This document shows positions 20,057-30,773 of a stretch of 64,000 nt of DNA, piece after piece (positions within the stretch are counted from its first letter, which is position 1; the number at the start of each line of letters is the position of its first letter). The DNA lies in NCBI GenBank assembly GCA_963733035.1, contig CAVTBU010000005.1, forward strand, positions 2,464,001 to 2,528,000. Direction: 5' to 3'. The stretch comes from Pirellulales bacterium. Its GTDB lineage: Bacteria > Planctomycetota > Planctomycetia > Pirellulales > PALSA-1355. The notes beneath the pieces were generated by a model that made no database searches, had not been told where the DNA came from, and was given only the letters and a program-made list of their open reading frames with translations. A program made the position numbers and the translations under genes.

Positions 20057-23000
20057 ATGTCACTCAATCCTCGCCAGGTTGTCGGACGCCTACGCCGCTT
20101 TCGATTCCACCGCGCGTCGTTCGAGCCACTTGAAGCACGACAACTGCTGACCGCTTCACCCGTTCTGTTGGCGGATCTGGGTGGTCCCGGGTCGTCGGGG
20201 CCAAGCAACCTGGCTGACGTTGGCGGCGTCACCTATTTCCAGGCCGACGACGGAATTCATGGCGCCGAGCTGTGGCGCAGCGACGGGACCGCCGCGGGCA
20301 CCTACCTGGCGCGCGACATTGATCCCGGCAGCTGGGGATCAAAGCCCGGGGAGCTGGTCAACGTCGACGGAACGCTCTATTTTGCCGCCACGACGCACGA
20401 CCTGGGCACCGAACTTTGGAAAAGCGACGGCACGACCGAGGGGACCGTGCCGGTTGCGGACATCGTGCCGGGCGTGGCCGGGTCCAGCCCGCGCAATTTG
20501 ACGGCTGTCGGAAACGTTCTGTTCTTTGAGGCCGGCGACGCAAGCAACGACTGGGAATTGTGGCGGAGCGATGGCTCGGCCGCAGGCACCTATCGGGTGA
20601 AGGACCTGAACACCAACGGCAGTTCCTTTCCGGGCCATTTCACGAACGTCAACGGGGTGCTGTTCTTCGAGGCCTCGGACGGGTTTTTCGGCCGCGATCT
20701 CTGGAAGAGCGATGGGACCGCCGCCGGCACCGTTGTCGTGGGCAACGCCTCTAACTACAAGAACCAACGGCCACTGTTCCTCACCAACGTCGATGGCACT
20801 TTGTACTTTACGGCCTATAGCAACGACTCCACCCGCAGGCTGTGGACCAGCGATGGCACGAGCGCCGGCACACACAGCATTTCGGCGTATGCGTACCCGA
20901 CCAACCTGACGAACTTCGCCGGCGCGCTCTACTTCGGAATCGCCTCAACGCTCTATCGCGCCAACAGCCCCACAGACATTCAACAAATCGCCGAGTTGAA
21001 TCCGGGCATTGGCAGCAGCGCCTTCGCCAGTTTGACGCCCGTTGGAAACCAGCTCTTTTTCGCGGGAGCCACAACCGCCGATGGCAAGGAGCTGTGGGTT
21101 ACCGACGGCACCACGCCCGGCACGCACATGGTGGCAGATCTGGTGCCCGGACCAGACGGCGTGCTGCCTAACAATCTGGCGGCGGTTGGCGACACGTTGT
21201 ATTTCACCATCTCCGACAGTTACGAGTCGCTTGGCGGCAGCGAGCTTTGGAAGAGCGACGGAACGGCTCTCGGGACCGTGCGCGTCAAGGATATCTGGCC
21301 CGGGCCCGACGGCGCAGGTCCCAACAACCTGACAAACGTGGGCGGAACGCTGTTCTTCTCGGCACTCGACGTGGCGAGCGGCCGCGAACTTTGGACGAGC
21401 GATGGTACCGAGCTCGGCACCGCACAGGTGCTGGATATCAACCAACAACCCAGCGCCGATTCTTCGCCTCAGTCGTTCACGGCGGCCGGCGCGATCACCT
21501 ACTTCGTGGCCACGTCCCTCGAATTTGGAGCCGAGCTGTGGAAAACCGATGGAACCACCGCCGGCACGGTAATGGTCAAGGATATTCGTCCCGGCCGAGA
21601 CAGTTCGGGCGCCGCAAGGTTGACTGCCGTCGACGGAACCTTGTTCTTCTTCGCAAACGACGGTAGCGGCTACGCCTTGTGGCGCAGTGACGGCACCGAT
21701 GAAGGCACCCAGCCCGTTCCCTACGATTGGACATCCGCGTTTGATCCCACGACCGCGCTCGTCAATGCGAACGGCACGCTTTACTTTGGGCTGCGGGATG
21801 AAAACGCCGACTATCGTCTCTGGACCAGCGACGGGACGGCCACCGGCACGCACGTTGTCGCGGGAACGCAGCCACTGGTGCCGTGGACCAACTCGCAAAC
21901 CACTTGGGCGAACCATCTCGTCAACATCGGCAGCGACCTCTACTACGTCGCCGTCAATGCCAACGACAATCTCAGGCAGGAGCTGTGGAAGTACGACATC
22001 GTGAGCGCGACCGAGCAGAAGCTGGCGGACTTGTCGGAGGTGCAAACCCAGTATGCGGAATACAACCTGGTCAACGTATCAGGAACCTTGTTCTTTAGCG
22101 TTCGGTCGGCCAGCGGAGCATACAACCTCTGGAAGACCGATGGCACGCCCGAGGGCACGCAGGCTCTGTCCGACATTGCGATGTGGCAAGGGGCAACGCC
22201 GGCCAACGTCAATGGACGGCTTTTCTTCGCCGCCAGCGATGCCGACTCCGGCGTGGAACTCTGGACCAGCGACGGCACGCCCGAGGGCACCGTACGCGTG
22301 GACGACCTGGTGCCCGGCAGCGGCAGTGTCTATCCCGGCGGACTCACGGCGGTCGGCGACACGCTGTTCTTCGTATCGCGCGAGCCTCCTGGATCGGGAA
22401 GCCCCTTGTGGAAGAGCAACGGGACGGCCGCCGGCACCATGCGCGTCAACGCGCCAGACATCTACAATATGACAGGGCTGACGAACGTAAGCGGCGCTCT
22501 GTACTTCCTGGCGCAGCGGTCTGGCGCTCTCGATGAACTTTGGACCAGCGATGGAACGAGCGCCGGCACCGGGCAGGTTGGCACGGTTCAGCCAACTTCT
22601 AGCTCAAGCCTGGCCAATGTTAATGGCATGTTGTTCTTCGCCGGAAATGACGGCGTGCACGGCGCCGAGCCGTTCATCGTCGCACCGCCGGTGGTAGCGC
22701 GGCTGTTCTACAACAACTCTTCATTTGACGGAAACACACCCGCCGCCGGCGCCAGTGACGACGCCGCGCTGGCGATCGACAAGCTCCCCTACCTGCCCGG
22801 CTCGGGGCGGGCGGGCACGAACAACGTCTCCAGCTACTACCAAGGCATCAACGGACTTTTTGTCGACCTGGCTGGCCCGCACGGAGAAATCACCGCGGAT
22901 GACTTTACCTTCAAGATCGGCAACAGCAACGCCCCCGATACGTGGATCGCAGCTCCGTCGCCGGTCTCGATCGCGGTTCGTCCCGGTGCCGGCGTGGCCG

Positions 23001-23662
23001 GCAGTGATCGCGTGGAATTGATTTGGGCCGACGGCGCGATCCAGAACATCTGGCTGCAAGTCACCGTGCGCGGCAACGACGCGGCCGGCGGTTTCGATAC
23101 CAACACCGGGCTGGCGGCGAGCGACGTGTTCTACTTTGGCAACCGGATTGGCGATACGTTCGTTGCCACGCCCGACGCCGTTCTTGTAACCAACGCCGGC
23201 GACGAAGTCGGAGCGCGAACGCATTTGGGCTTCATGCAGCCCATCACCAACGTCTATGACTTCAACAAGGACGGACAGGTCAACGCCAGCGACATGATTA
23301 TTGCCCGGCTCAATACGGGTTACTTGTATCGCATCGAACTCCCCAACCCGACACCGCTTGTCCAGGCCGCGGCGGTGACGGCAGACAGCGGAACGTCGCA
23401 GATTGCCTTTGCCCTGGCCGCGCGGGATCATGCCGTCGGTCAACAGAATTCCAAAGCTGGCGATGAACGCCTGATGCAGCTCGGGTTGTGTGATTTCTTG
23501 GCCGCTACGCGTAGCCAGCGCTCATTCGCCGCGATGGCGCCCGCAAGGCTTTGGCTCGCGTCACTCGCCGACCTCTCTCAAGATGCCGGGGAACTATCGG
23601 GTACGAGCGAGGAGTTGGACGACTGGCTCTTGGAATCCATCGCCGTCGGACCAGTCGAATAG
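20057..23662 (+). CDS. ELWxxDGT-repeat surface protein with LExRxLL N-terminal motif and C-terminal FYNNS/dockerin-like module
   Basis: FEPLEARQLL, about 16 copies of xLWxxDGT-like repeats, LFYNNSSFDG and YDFNKDGQVNASD. Confidence 0.92.
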   Translation: MSLNPRQVVGRLRRFRFHRASFEPLEARQLLTASPVLLADLGGPGSSGPSNLADVGGVTYFQADDGIHGAELWRSDGTAAGTYLARDIDPGSWGSKPGELVNVDGTLYFAATTHDLGTELWKSDGTTEGTVPVADIVPGVAGSSPRNLTAVGNVLFFEAGDASNDWELWRSDGSAAGTYRVKDLNTNGSSFPGHFTNVNGVLFFEASDGFFGRDLWKSDGTAAGTVVVGNASNYKNQRPLFLTNVDGTLYFTAYSNDSTRRLWTSDGTSAGTHSISAYAYPTNLTNFAGALYFGIASTLYRANSPTDIQQIAELNPGIGSSAFASLTPVGNQLFFAGATTADGKELWVTDGTTPGTHMVADLVPGPDGVLPNNLAAVGDTLYFTISDSYESLGGSELWKSDGTALGTVRVKDIWPGPDGAGPNNLTNVGGTLFFSALDVASGRELWTSDGTELGTAQVLDINQQPSADSSPQSFTAAGAITYFVATSLEFGAELWKTDGTTAGTVMVKDIRPGRDSSGAARLTAVDGTLFFFANDGSGYALWRSDGTDEGTQPVPYDWTSAFDPTTALVNANGTLYFGLRDENADYRLWTSDGTATGTHVVAGTQPLVPWTNSQTTWANHLVNIGSDLYYVAVNANDNLRQELWKYDIVSATEQKLADLSEVQTQYAEYNLVNVSGTLFFSVRSASGAYNLWKTDGTPEGTQALSDIAMWQGATPANVNGRLFFAASDADSGVELWTSDGTPEGTVRVDDLVPGSGSVYPGGLTAVGDTLFFVSREPPGSGSPLWKSNGTAAGTMRVNAPDIYNMTGLTNVSGALYFLAQRSGALDELWTSDGTSAGTGQVGTVQPTSSSSLANVNGMLFFAGNDGVHGAEPFIVAPPVVARLFYNNSSFDGNTPAAGASDDAALAIDKLPYLPGSGRAGTNNVSSYYQGINGLFVDLAGPHGEITADDFTFKIGNSNAPDTWIAAPSPVSIAVRPGAGVAGSDRVELIWADGAIQNIWLQVTVRGNDAAGGFDTNTGLAASDVFYFGNRIGDTFVATPDAVLVTNAGDEVGARTHLGFMQPITNVYDFNKDGQVNASDMIIARLNTGYLYRIELPNPTPLVQAAAVTADSGTSQIAFALAARDHAVGQQNSKAGDERLMQLGLCDFLAATRSQRSFAAMAPARLWLASLADLSQDAGELSGTSEELDDWLLESIAVGPVE

Positions 23663-24349
23663 GCCAAGACCAGCTGCGATTGCATTCGAGCGGTTCGCTC
23701 CGCCGCCTCCAGCGCTACCGGTTCGCGGAAGCACCATCTGCGAACTGTGCATTTCGTTCGCAATAAATCTTCTGGACATCCGCCAATCGTTTCCCTACGC
23801 TGAGCGTTGGCGTGTGGGCCACCTTCTTTTGGATCCTTATGATCCCGCGGGCCCACGCGGACGAAAATCGGGTCGACGGCAGGCAGGACGAAGAGGCTCG
23901 CGGGGGCAACGCGAGAGTCCAGCCGAGCGATTGCGTCGTCGTTTTCGTTCTTGGATTTGTTACGGACAGAGGAAGAAGCCATGTTTATCCGTCGATCGGT
24001 CCCGCGCGGACCAGCGCCGCTGCGCGCACCAGAGATTCCGTCGGCACTCGCCTATCGCCACTTGGTCTGCGCGCTTTCCCAAACCGGGGTGTCGATTTGC
24101 AATCGACCGGTGAACGGAATGTGAGCGTCTGGACAAAGATCTACGTCGCGCTGCCTGCCGTGCTGTTTGCGCGGCCGTGAAGCGCGCCTTTGCGCAGTTG
24201 GTTGCAAAGCGGGCGGAGGCCCGGCACCGGCTGGTCGCTGGGGCGCGCGAAGCATGTCGCTCCGGCGGCCGGCCCGGTGTGAGTGGCCAGCTTGCTGCGA
24301 ATTCACGCGGACGCATCTCACGCCGACAATTGCGAACGGATCGATCGCG

Positions 24350-27300
24350 TTACTGACCGTCGGGCTCGTCCATTAGCAGCGCGGGAGTCGTCGGCGGAGG
24401 AGGCGTTTCGATCACTTGGTCGGCGGGCTCCCAGGCAGGAACAACCACAAGGAGCGCATCGAGGGTGTTCCACGAACCGGTGGTCATCGTGAGAATCAGG
24501 CCGGCAGTGATGGCGCCGCTTTGTGCCGAACCGGCGTCGACCGAGATCAGCTCCAGCGGCGGCGCCTGCTTAAGTAACTGGTTAATCACGATGATCACAT
24601 CCGCCATGGTCACTCGACCATCGCGATTGAAGTCCGCGGCATAGTCGATCGGCTGAGCCATTTCACCGTGCGGATCGCGAAGGATCTGGTTGACAACACG
24701 AAACAGGTCGGACGTGCTCACCCGTGCTCGATCCGGCTCGTTGCCGGTGTCGCCGACGTAGTTGCCGAAGAAGAACGTATCGGACTGGGCCAGCCCCGTG
24801 TTGCCGTTGGCCAGCACGATGACCTGCAGCCAGGTGTTTTTGATCGCGCCGTCGGCCCACACGATTTCGACGCGGTCGGACCCGCCGACGCCGGCACCGG
24901 CGAGCACAACGACCGACAGCGGATCGGGGGCGTACGACCAGTGTGACGTATCGCTGCTGGCGCCAAGACGGAAGATGAAGTCGTCGGTCGTGATCGTGCC
25001 GTGCTGACCGGCGAGGTCGACGATGACACCGTTGATGCCACCGCTGTAGCCGGTGTAGTTGGAAAATGTGGCCGTTTGGCCGGGCAACAGGGCAGTCTTA
25101 TCCGTGGCGATGGCCGCATCGTCGGCGGCGTTGGCCGTCGAGTCGTTCCCGTCGAAGGCCGAGTTGTTATAGAAAATATCCCGACCGGCGACGCTCGCCA
25201 GGCCGGGAACGTAGATGCTGATCTTCGAAACGGCGGCTTCACTCTGATTGGTACCGTCGCTGATCACCACGCTCACGTCCACCGTCGTTCCCGCCGCACG
25301 GCTGGCTGCGGTCTGGAAGGTCGCGCTCCGCAGAACTTGCTCGTAGTGGGCGATCGAATCGCTGCCCGAAAGCGTGAGCACGCCGCCGGTGAACGCGGCG
25401 GTGATGAGCGTGCCCGCGACGTCGACCGAGAGCATATCGCCAGGCAGATAGCCGGCGATGGCAATCGTGGCCCCGGCAAGCTGCGTGGCTCCGGCCGGAA
25501 AGATCACCAGCCGGTCGGGATTCCCTACCGGCACCGGCGCGCCATTGGGAATGAAATTCCCCTCGTAACCGATGCCAGGCGGCTCCCCATTGAGATCGAC
25601 GCCAAGTGTGCGCGGGACGGCGAAGCGATCAAGGTGCACCGTGAGAAGATTCTGTAAAGTCAGATTTGAATAGTCGATCGTTCGGGGCGAATCCAACCAG
25701 GTGATTGTCACCTGACCGTCGAGGGCGAGCATGCTCTCGACGCCGGCCTGGCCGAGCCAGCTGCCAACCGAAAACGAACCGCCAATCGCATTGCCTGACG
25801 GATCGTAGGCTCGAATACGAATCGTACCCGGTCTGTCGATGTAGGAATTTGAAACGGAATACGTCGTCCACGGCGTAACATTGATTGTGTCCAGCGGAGT
25901 TATCAGATCGGCGGGTTGAGACACGTACACGGAGAACCGCACGAAGAAGTTGCCGGCAGCATCCATCGCAATGGCGATCGGTTGGCTGAGGACGCTTTCC
26001 GGCGTATCGCTTACCTGCTGGGCACCCCGCAAAAAACGCCCCTCCGCATCGAACCGCTGCACAAACACCTGGTGTTCACCGTTATTGGTTTGAATCCAAC
26101 CGGCGACGAAGCTTCCGGACGCATTGGTTGCCAGCGCGAAATTGCTGGCGCCCACGGCGGGTCCAACCAGCACCGGGTCGAACAGGGGCGTTCCATCCGC
26201 TCCGAAGCGCTGCACAAACACGCCCGACGACGGATGCCTCGCGTCGGTCCAGAGCGCGACAAAGCTGCCGTCGGGGCCGAGCGCGACTTGTACATTCGTT
26301 CCGACGCCCAGCGAAATCGTCGGCCCGACGCTATGTCCGTCGCGGTCGAACTGCTGAATTCGCGCCTGCGGATCGCGAGACGGGGGTGGACCGGGGCCGA
26401 TGATCGCCCGAGAATCAGTATGCGTGTAGCCAACCAGGATGCCGCCGGAATCCGTCATTTGAAATGATGTGATCGTTCCGTACACATCGGCAAGCGTGAA
26501 TTGATCTCCGACAGCCTGCCCGTTGCCGTCGAACCGCTGTGCAAGACGTCCCGTTTCAATATTGTCAAAAATGGAGGCGAAGAGGGCACGCCAGGAAACG
26601 ACGAACTCCCCATCGGCCGTTGCCGCGATGTTCAAGCCGCTTCCGTACCATCCCCCGGAGTCAACCACCATGACGTCTCCGATCGCGGTGCCGTCCGAAT
26701 CGAAGCGCTGTGCCAGGATCCTGCTTTGACTCGTGTCGAGAGTGTTCCTGGGATTGTCAATCCAGGCAACGATATACTTGCCGTCGCCGTAGGTTGCGAT
26801 GGCCGGCGTATCTCCCGAACTTGCCCGTCCGACGCTAATATCGGGCAGCGTGGTTGACGCCGAGGAAACAACGAACGTGCCGTCGAAGTTGCCGCCCGTT
26901 TGAAGATCACCGTCTCCGTCGAGCGCACGACCGATCGTGTCGTAAATCGAATCGAGCGCCACGAGGCGATAGGAGCCCGCATCCAATTTCTCGGAAAGGG
27001 AGAGAATCGCCTGGTTACCCGCGGTGAAGTCAATGCCGCTGATCAGATGGCTGACGTCGACGTTCCCGTTGTACAGTTGCCAATTCGCCGGATTGAGCAC
27101 ACTATGAGCGCCTGCCGCGCCGTCGGTGTTGGCAACTCTCGAAAAGCTGACGATGATCCGGTCTGGGTGGAAATAGATCACGTTCGACGCTTGCTGGGCG
27201 CCGTCTCCCAATTCAACGAGATCCACACGCAGCCCGTCGATGGCATCGAGAGGCTGAACGTATTGCGGCGCGACGATCGCACTGGCCGCCAGCATTTGGC

Positions 27301-27394
27301 GCTCCTCCAGCCCCTCGAAAGACAACCGCGCGAGCGAGGAGCGAACGCGGTGATGGGAGCGAGGGCTCGGCGCACGGCGACGGGGTGATGGCAT
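24350..27394 (-). CDS. Large surface protein with LExRxLL-type motif, xQRFDxxG repeats and C-terminal FYNNS/dockerin-like module
   Basis: FEGLEERQML, ALDGDGD..GG.F, repeated AQRFD.DG, IFYNNSAFDG and ADFNRDGRVTMAD. Confidence 0.88.
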   Translation of the reverse strand: MPSPRRRAPSPRSHHRVRSSLARLSFEGLEERQMLAASAIVAPQYVQPLDAIDGLRVDLVELGDGAQQASNVIYFHPDRIIVSFSRVANTDGAAGAHSVLNPANWQLYNGNVDVSHLISGIDFTAGNQAILSLSEKLDAGSYRLVALDSIYDTIGRALDGDGDLQTGGNFDGTFVVSSASTTLPDISVGRASSGDTPAIATYGDGKYIVAWIDNPRNTLDTSQSRILAQRFDSDGTAIGDVMVVDSGGWYGSGLNIAATADGEFVVSWRALFASIFDNIETGRLAQRFDGNGQAVGDQFTLADVYGTITSFQMTDSGGILVGYTHTDSRAIIGPGPPPSRDPQARIQQFDRDGHSVGPTISLGVGTNVQVALGPDGSFVALWTDARHPSSGVFVQRFGADGTPLFDPVLVGPAVGASNFALATNASGSFVAGWIQTNNGEHQVFVQRFDAEGRFLRGAQQVSDTPESVLSQPIAIAMDAAGNFFVRFSVYVSQPADLITPLDTINVTPWTTYSVSNSYIDRPGTIRIRAYDPSGNAIGGSFSVGSWLGQAGVESMLALDGQVTITWLDSPRTIDYSNLTLQNLLTVHLDRFAVPRTLGVDLNGEPPGIGYEGNFIPNGAPVPVGNPDRLVIFPAGATQLAGATIAIAGYLPGDMLSVDVAGTLITAAFTGGVLTLSGSDSIAHYEQVLRSATFQTAASRAAGTTVDVSVVISDGTNQSEAAVSKISIYVPGLASVAGRDIFYNNSAFDGNDSTANAADDAAIATDKTALLPGQTATFSNYTGYSGGINGVIVDLAGQHGTITTDDFIFRLGASSDTSHWSYAPDPLSVVVLAGAGVGGSDRVEIVWADGAIKNTWLQVIVLANGNTGLAQSDTFFFGNYVGDTGNEPDRARVSTSDLFRVVNQILRDPHGEMAQPIDYAADFNRDGRVTMADVIIVINQLLKQAPPLELISVDAGSAQSGAITAGLILTMTTGSWNTLDALLVVVPAWEPADQVIETPPPPTTPALLMDEPDGQ

Positions 27395-27602
27395 GGTCGA
27401 AGCTGCGGAGAGGACAGCGTTTCAGCGGCTGCGCAGAGCCATCCTCAATCCGGCTCCGCGGCCTCCAGGTTCCAGCGACTTCCCCTCGCAAGGAGGGAAC
27501 GTCGCCATCAGTTTAAGCGAAGTGCCGCACATGCGCCAAATAAAAATTTCGAGCAGCGCGCACTTGGCCGCCGACCAGAAACGCCAGTTCACAACTAGCT
27601 TA

Positions 27603-28799
27603 TCACTTCCGCGCTCGCGGGTGCTTCAGCGGCAGCCAGGCGCCGCCGTCGGCGCTGCTGGCCACCGACTGCTGGATGAAGTACATGCCTTCGACGCCGT
27701 CGTTGATGTTCGGGTAGACCGTGTCGGTGGTCTCGAACTTCTCGCCGGTCGCCCGGGCGGCCATCGCGTCGTAGGCGGCGCGGTAGACGTTGGCGAAGGC
27801 CTCGAAGAAAGCCTCGGGGTGTCCGCTCGGCAAGCGGCAGGCGGCCTGGCCGGCGGCGTTCATGTACGGAGCATTCGGATCGCGGGTGTAGATGGCGTGC
27901 GGGTGGCCGTTGCGGCGGAAGAGCATCTTGTTCGGTTCTTCCTGCCGCCAGAAGAGCGAACCCTTGGTGCCGTCGATTTCGATCGACAGATCGTTCTCGC
28001 GGCCGTGGCTCACTTGCGAGGCGGTGACCGTGCCAAAGGCGCCGTTTTCGAAGCGGATCAGCGCGGTGCCGTAGTCGTCGAGCTTGCGACCCTTTTCGAA
28101 AATCTGCAGGTAGCAACTGATGGTCTCGGGCAACAGACCCGTCATGTAGCGGCCGAGGTTGTAGGCGTGCGTGCCGATGTCGCCAAAGCAGCCGGCGGCG
28201 CCGCTCTTGGCCGGATCGGTCCGCCAGGCAGCCTGCTTCTGGTCTTCGCTTTCGATCCGCGTGCGGAGCCAGCCTTGCATGTAGTTGGAACGCACGGCGT
28301 TGATCTCGCCCAACTCGCCCGAGAGGATCATCTCGCGCGCCTGGCGCACCAGCGGGTAGCCGGTGTAGTTGTGGCTGACGGCAAACACCGCGCCGCTCTT
28401 GTCGACCACTTTGGCCAGTTCCTCGGCCTGCTTGAGATCGAACGTCATCGGCTTGTCGCAAATGACATTGAAGCCGGCTTCCAGCGCGGCCTTGGCGATT
28501 TCGAAATGCGTGAAGTTGGGCGTGGCCACGCTGACGAAGTCGATTCGCTGGTCGGCCGGCAGCTTGGATTCGGATTCGATCAATTCCTTGTACGAACCGT
28601 AAGCCCGCTGGGGCGGAATATCGTAATCGGGCGCCGAGGCCTTGGCCTTTTCGGGATTCGAGGAGAGCGCGCCAGCCACCAGAGCCGCGCGGTTGTCGAG
28701 CACCGCCGCGGTTGCATGCACGCGACCGATGAAAGCTCCCTGGCCGCCGCCGACCAGTCCCATGCGAAGTTTGCGATTCAGTGCGCCGTTGGTGGACAT
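27603..28799 (-). CDS. Gfo/Idh/MocA family oxidoreductase
   Basis: [44 protein letters not shown] and DIGTHA. Confidence 0.95.
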   Translation of the reverse strand: MSTNGALNRKLRMGLVGGGQGAFIGRVHATAAVLDNRAALVAGALSSNPEKAKASAPDYDIPPQRAYGSYKELIESESKLPADQRIDFVSVATPNFTHFEIAKAALEAGFNVICDKPMTFDLKQAEELAKVVDKSGAVFAVSHNYTGYPLVRQAREMILSGELGEINAVRSNYMQGWLRTRIESEDQKQAAWRTDPAKSGAAGCFGDIGTHAYNLGRYMTGLLPETISCYLQIFEKGRKLDDYGTALIRFENGAFGTVTASQVSHGRENDLSIEIDGTKGSLFWRQEEPNKMLFRRNGHPHAIYTRDPNAPYMNAAGQAACRLPSGHPEAFFEAFANVYRAAYDAMAARATGEKFETTDTVYPNINDGVEGMYFIQQSVASSADGGAWLPLKHPRARK

Positions 28800-29089
28800 A
28801 GCTCGCTCGTCTCCTCGTATCGGAATGAACCGCGCCGGTGCGGCACGGCTTGATGTGGGGCCTCTTTTTTTAACACATGCAGCCGGTGCTGTCGCGAGGG
28901 CGCCCACGCGAACTTCGGCTGGCTTTCGTCGCCCTAAAGCGGTACGATCGACGTGAGACGCGTTTCGCCGGCCCGGCCCCATTAAGCGACAATCGGGCAG
29001 CGAACCAACAAGGTGCTCGACGGAACGAACGACCTTGCTGGCGCGGGCCGTTGACCGCGCCGACCGAATCCGCGAAAGGATCTCCAGCC

Positions 29090-29614
29090 ATGACCAATTC
29101 GCGAACCGTATGGATGGCGGCCGGCCTGGCACTTGGTTTGATTGTCGGCCTGAACGTGGCCGGCATCTGGCCGCAGATTCCGGTGCACGCCGTGGCGACG
29201 CACGGCCAAGACAATTTTGCCATCGCCACCGGTCCGCTCGACAACGACGTGGAAGCGATCTTCGTGCTCGACGCGGTGACCGGCGATCTGAAGGCCGCGG
29301 CGATGAACGTTCAATCGCGGCGGTTCAACACCTGGTATGAATACAACGTGTCGCGCGATTTGCCTGTGACCGGCAGCAAGAACGCCCAATACCGCATCGT
29401 GACGGGGTTCACCAATATCCGACAGGTTCCCGCCGCCGGACAGCTCGGCCGCACCGTGGTCTACGTCGCCGAGGCGACGACCGGGCAAGTGGCGGCCTAC
29501 GGAGTCCCCTGGGTGCCCGGCCGGTTCACGTCGCCGGTGCCGCTGCGGATGAACCTGATTCTGCTCGACCGCTGGCAGTTCCGCACGGTCCCCGTCCGCG
29601 ACCTTCAACCCTAG
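29090..29614 (+). CDS. Hypothetical exported/membrane protein
   Basis: N-terminal hydrophobic segment, then ATHGQDNFAIATG, FVLDAVTGDL and VYVAEATTG..AAY. Co-oriented with thiS/thiG. Confidence 0.8.
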   Translation: MTNSRTVWMAAGLALGLIVGLNVAGIWPQIPVHAVATHGQDNFAIATGPLDNDVEAIFVLDAVTGDLKAAAMNVQSRRFNTWYEYNVSRDLPVTGSKNAQYRIVTGFTNIRQVPAAGQLGRTVVYVAEATTGQVAAYGVPWVPGRFTSPVPLRMNLILLDRWQFRTVPVRDLQP

Positions 29615-29643
29615 ACCCACCCATCGCACTGTCTGATCACACC

Positions 29644-29844
29644 GTGAAGATCCTCGTCAACGGCGTCCCGCGCGAAGTCGCCCCGGGCACCACCATTGCC
29701 CAACTTCTGGACGAACTCGAAGTCACTGCCCGAGCGGTCGCCGTTGAGGTAAACTTAGAGCTCGTTCCCCGCGCCCGCCATGCGGAACACAAGCTGCAAG
29801 AAGCCGACCAATTGGAAGTGGTTACGCTGGTGGGCGGGGGATAA
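29644..29844 (+). CDS. thiS: Sulfur carrier protein ThiS
   Basis: 66 aa, ILVNG...AVAVEVNLELVPR...EVVTLVGGG C-terminus; adjacent to thiG. Confidence 0.95.
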   Translation: MKILVNGVPREVAPGTTIAQLLDELEVTARAVAVEVNLELVPRARHAEHKLQEADQLEVVTLVGGG

Positions 29845-29892
29845 CATCCGTGCTTTCGATTGCCGCCGTCCACGAACCCCTAGTCACCCGCC

Positions 29893-30725
29893 ATGTCACT
29901 GCTGCACGAGATCGATCATCTGCAAATCGGTACGCATACGCTCAATAGCCGGCTCATTGTCGGCACGGGCAAGTACGCCAACTACGAGCTGATGAGCCAG
30001 TCACTGGACGCTTCGGGCACCGACTGCATCACCGTGGCGGTGCGGCGCGAACGGCTGATCGACAGCCAGGGGCACAACATTCTCGACTTTATCGACACGC
30101 GGCGGTATACGCTGTTGCCAAACACGGCCGGCTGCTTTTCGGCCGACGATGCCGTGCGGGTGGCGCGGCTGGGCGCGAGATTCTGCTGGGGCTCGAAAAT
30201 CCCGGCGCCGATTGGGTCAAGCTGGAAGTGCTGGGCGATACCAAAACGCTGCTTCCCGATCCGGTGGCCACGCTCGAAGCGACCGAGAAGCTGGTGGCCG
30301 AGGGGTTTCAAGTGCTGTGCTATACGAGTGACGATCCGATCGTGGCTCGCCGTCTGAAAGAAGCCGGCGCCGTGAGCGTGATGCCCGCCGGCAGTCCGAT
30401 CGGTTCGGGGCAGGGAATTCTGAATCCCAACGCCATTCGCATTTGCCTCGAATATCTCAAGGACGGCGATCCGGACTATCCGGTGATCGTCGACGCCGGA
30501 GTGGGCACCGCCAGCGACGTGACGATCGCCATGGAGCTGGGAGTCGACGGCGTGTTGCTCAACACCGGCATCGCGCACGCCCAGGATCCGCTGCAAATGG
30601 CCCGCGCCATGAAGGCCGGTCTCGAAGCCGGCCGGCTGGCCTATCTTTCCGGCCGGATTCCCAAGAAGCTCTACGCCACGGCCAGCAGCCCGGAAACGGG
30701 CACAATTGCGCCGAAGCCGCGGTAG
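29893..30725 (+). CDS. thiG: Thiazole synthase; apparent frameshift near 30173
   Basis: [10 protein letters not shown] and LPNTAGC; second frame gives [26 protein letters not shown] and [10 protein letters not shown]...MELG.DGVLLNT. Confidence 0.95.
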
Positions 30726-30773
30726 GCGACGCTTGCCACTTGCCTACCGAAATGATCTTCGGCGCGGCAGTGA

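Noticed and set aside
20200..22680. Regularly recurring DNA motifs suggestive of a CRISPR-like array
   Set aside because: They are the coding ELWxxDGT repeats with synonymous variation; there are no identical repeats with unique spacers and no cas genes.
28800..29644. TPP riboswitch upstream of thiS-thiG
   Set aside because: No CUGAGA/CCUGA...AGGGA core found; thiS follows the upstream gene by only 29 bp.
29893..30725. thiG, dinG and others as true pseudogenes or programmed frameshifts
   Set aside because: Each has one indel with both halves intact and no slippery heptamer noticed; the window-wide pattern points to sequence error.
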